Positions 61,436 to 61,443 of a stretch of 61,443 nt of DNA are shown here, piece after piece. The DNA comes from Salisapilia sapeloensis CBS 127946 (taxonomy: Eukaryota; Protista; Oomycota). Each line of letters opens with the position of its first letter. Position 1 is the first letter of the stretch. Made by a program: the position numbers and the translations under genes. Below the pieces are notes generated by a model, which searched no databases, was not told the origin of the DNA, and worked only from the letters and a program-made list of their open reading frames with translations. The stretch covers positions 1 to 61,443 of the forward strand of contig JAADVB010000097.1 in assembly GCA_023334545.1 (NCBI GenBank), given 5' to 3'.

Positions 61436-61443
61436 GCACGTTA

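Noticed and set aside
1-61443. tRNA, rRNA, spliceosomal snRNA genes and CRISPR arrays
   Set aside because: No cloverleaf, rRNA or snRNA signature and no regularly spaced repeats were seen by eye. A tRNAscan-SE/Infernal run would be needed to exclude them formally.

Overview
Eukaryotic, very compact, gene-dense DNA. It is most consistent with an oomycete (stramenopile): myosin-FYVE-GAF fusion, stramenopile-type uL10 tail, Inr/FPR-like core promoters and 49-96 nt GT-AG introns. About 27 protein-coding genes are packed between roughly 1.7 kb and 59.7 kb, many of them conserved housekeeping genes (ISWI, NOP9, AP-4 beta, eIF3L, LCMT1, TBL1, RMDN1, PCYT2, uL10/P0, HDHD5, MOB4, CHMP2A). Both ends are AT-richer and carry copies of a ~250 bp TIR-bounded non-autonomous element. 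Its 88 bp core is near-invariant, is built from consecutive dyads, and is followed by a small dyad showing a compensatory change. A second, related TIR element abuts the right-hand copy. The most unusual proteins are: a single polypeptide combining 2x cNMP-binding, a CAMKK-like kinase and a PP2C phosphatase with a possible myristoylation signal; a PH + 2TM + CRAL-TRIO + START lipid-transfer protein; a protein with four copies of a non-canonical double zinc-knuckle; a C-terminal domain recalling phage head-maturation proteins; and a bacterial-like membrane protein. No tRNA, rRNA, CRISPR array or autonomous transposase was recognised. All domain calls come from motif recognition by eye, not from database searches, and splice models are inferred from GT-AG sites that restore the reading frame.
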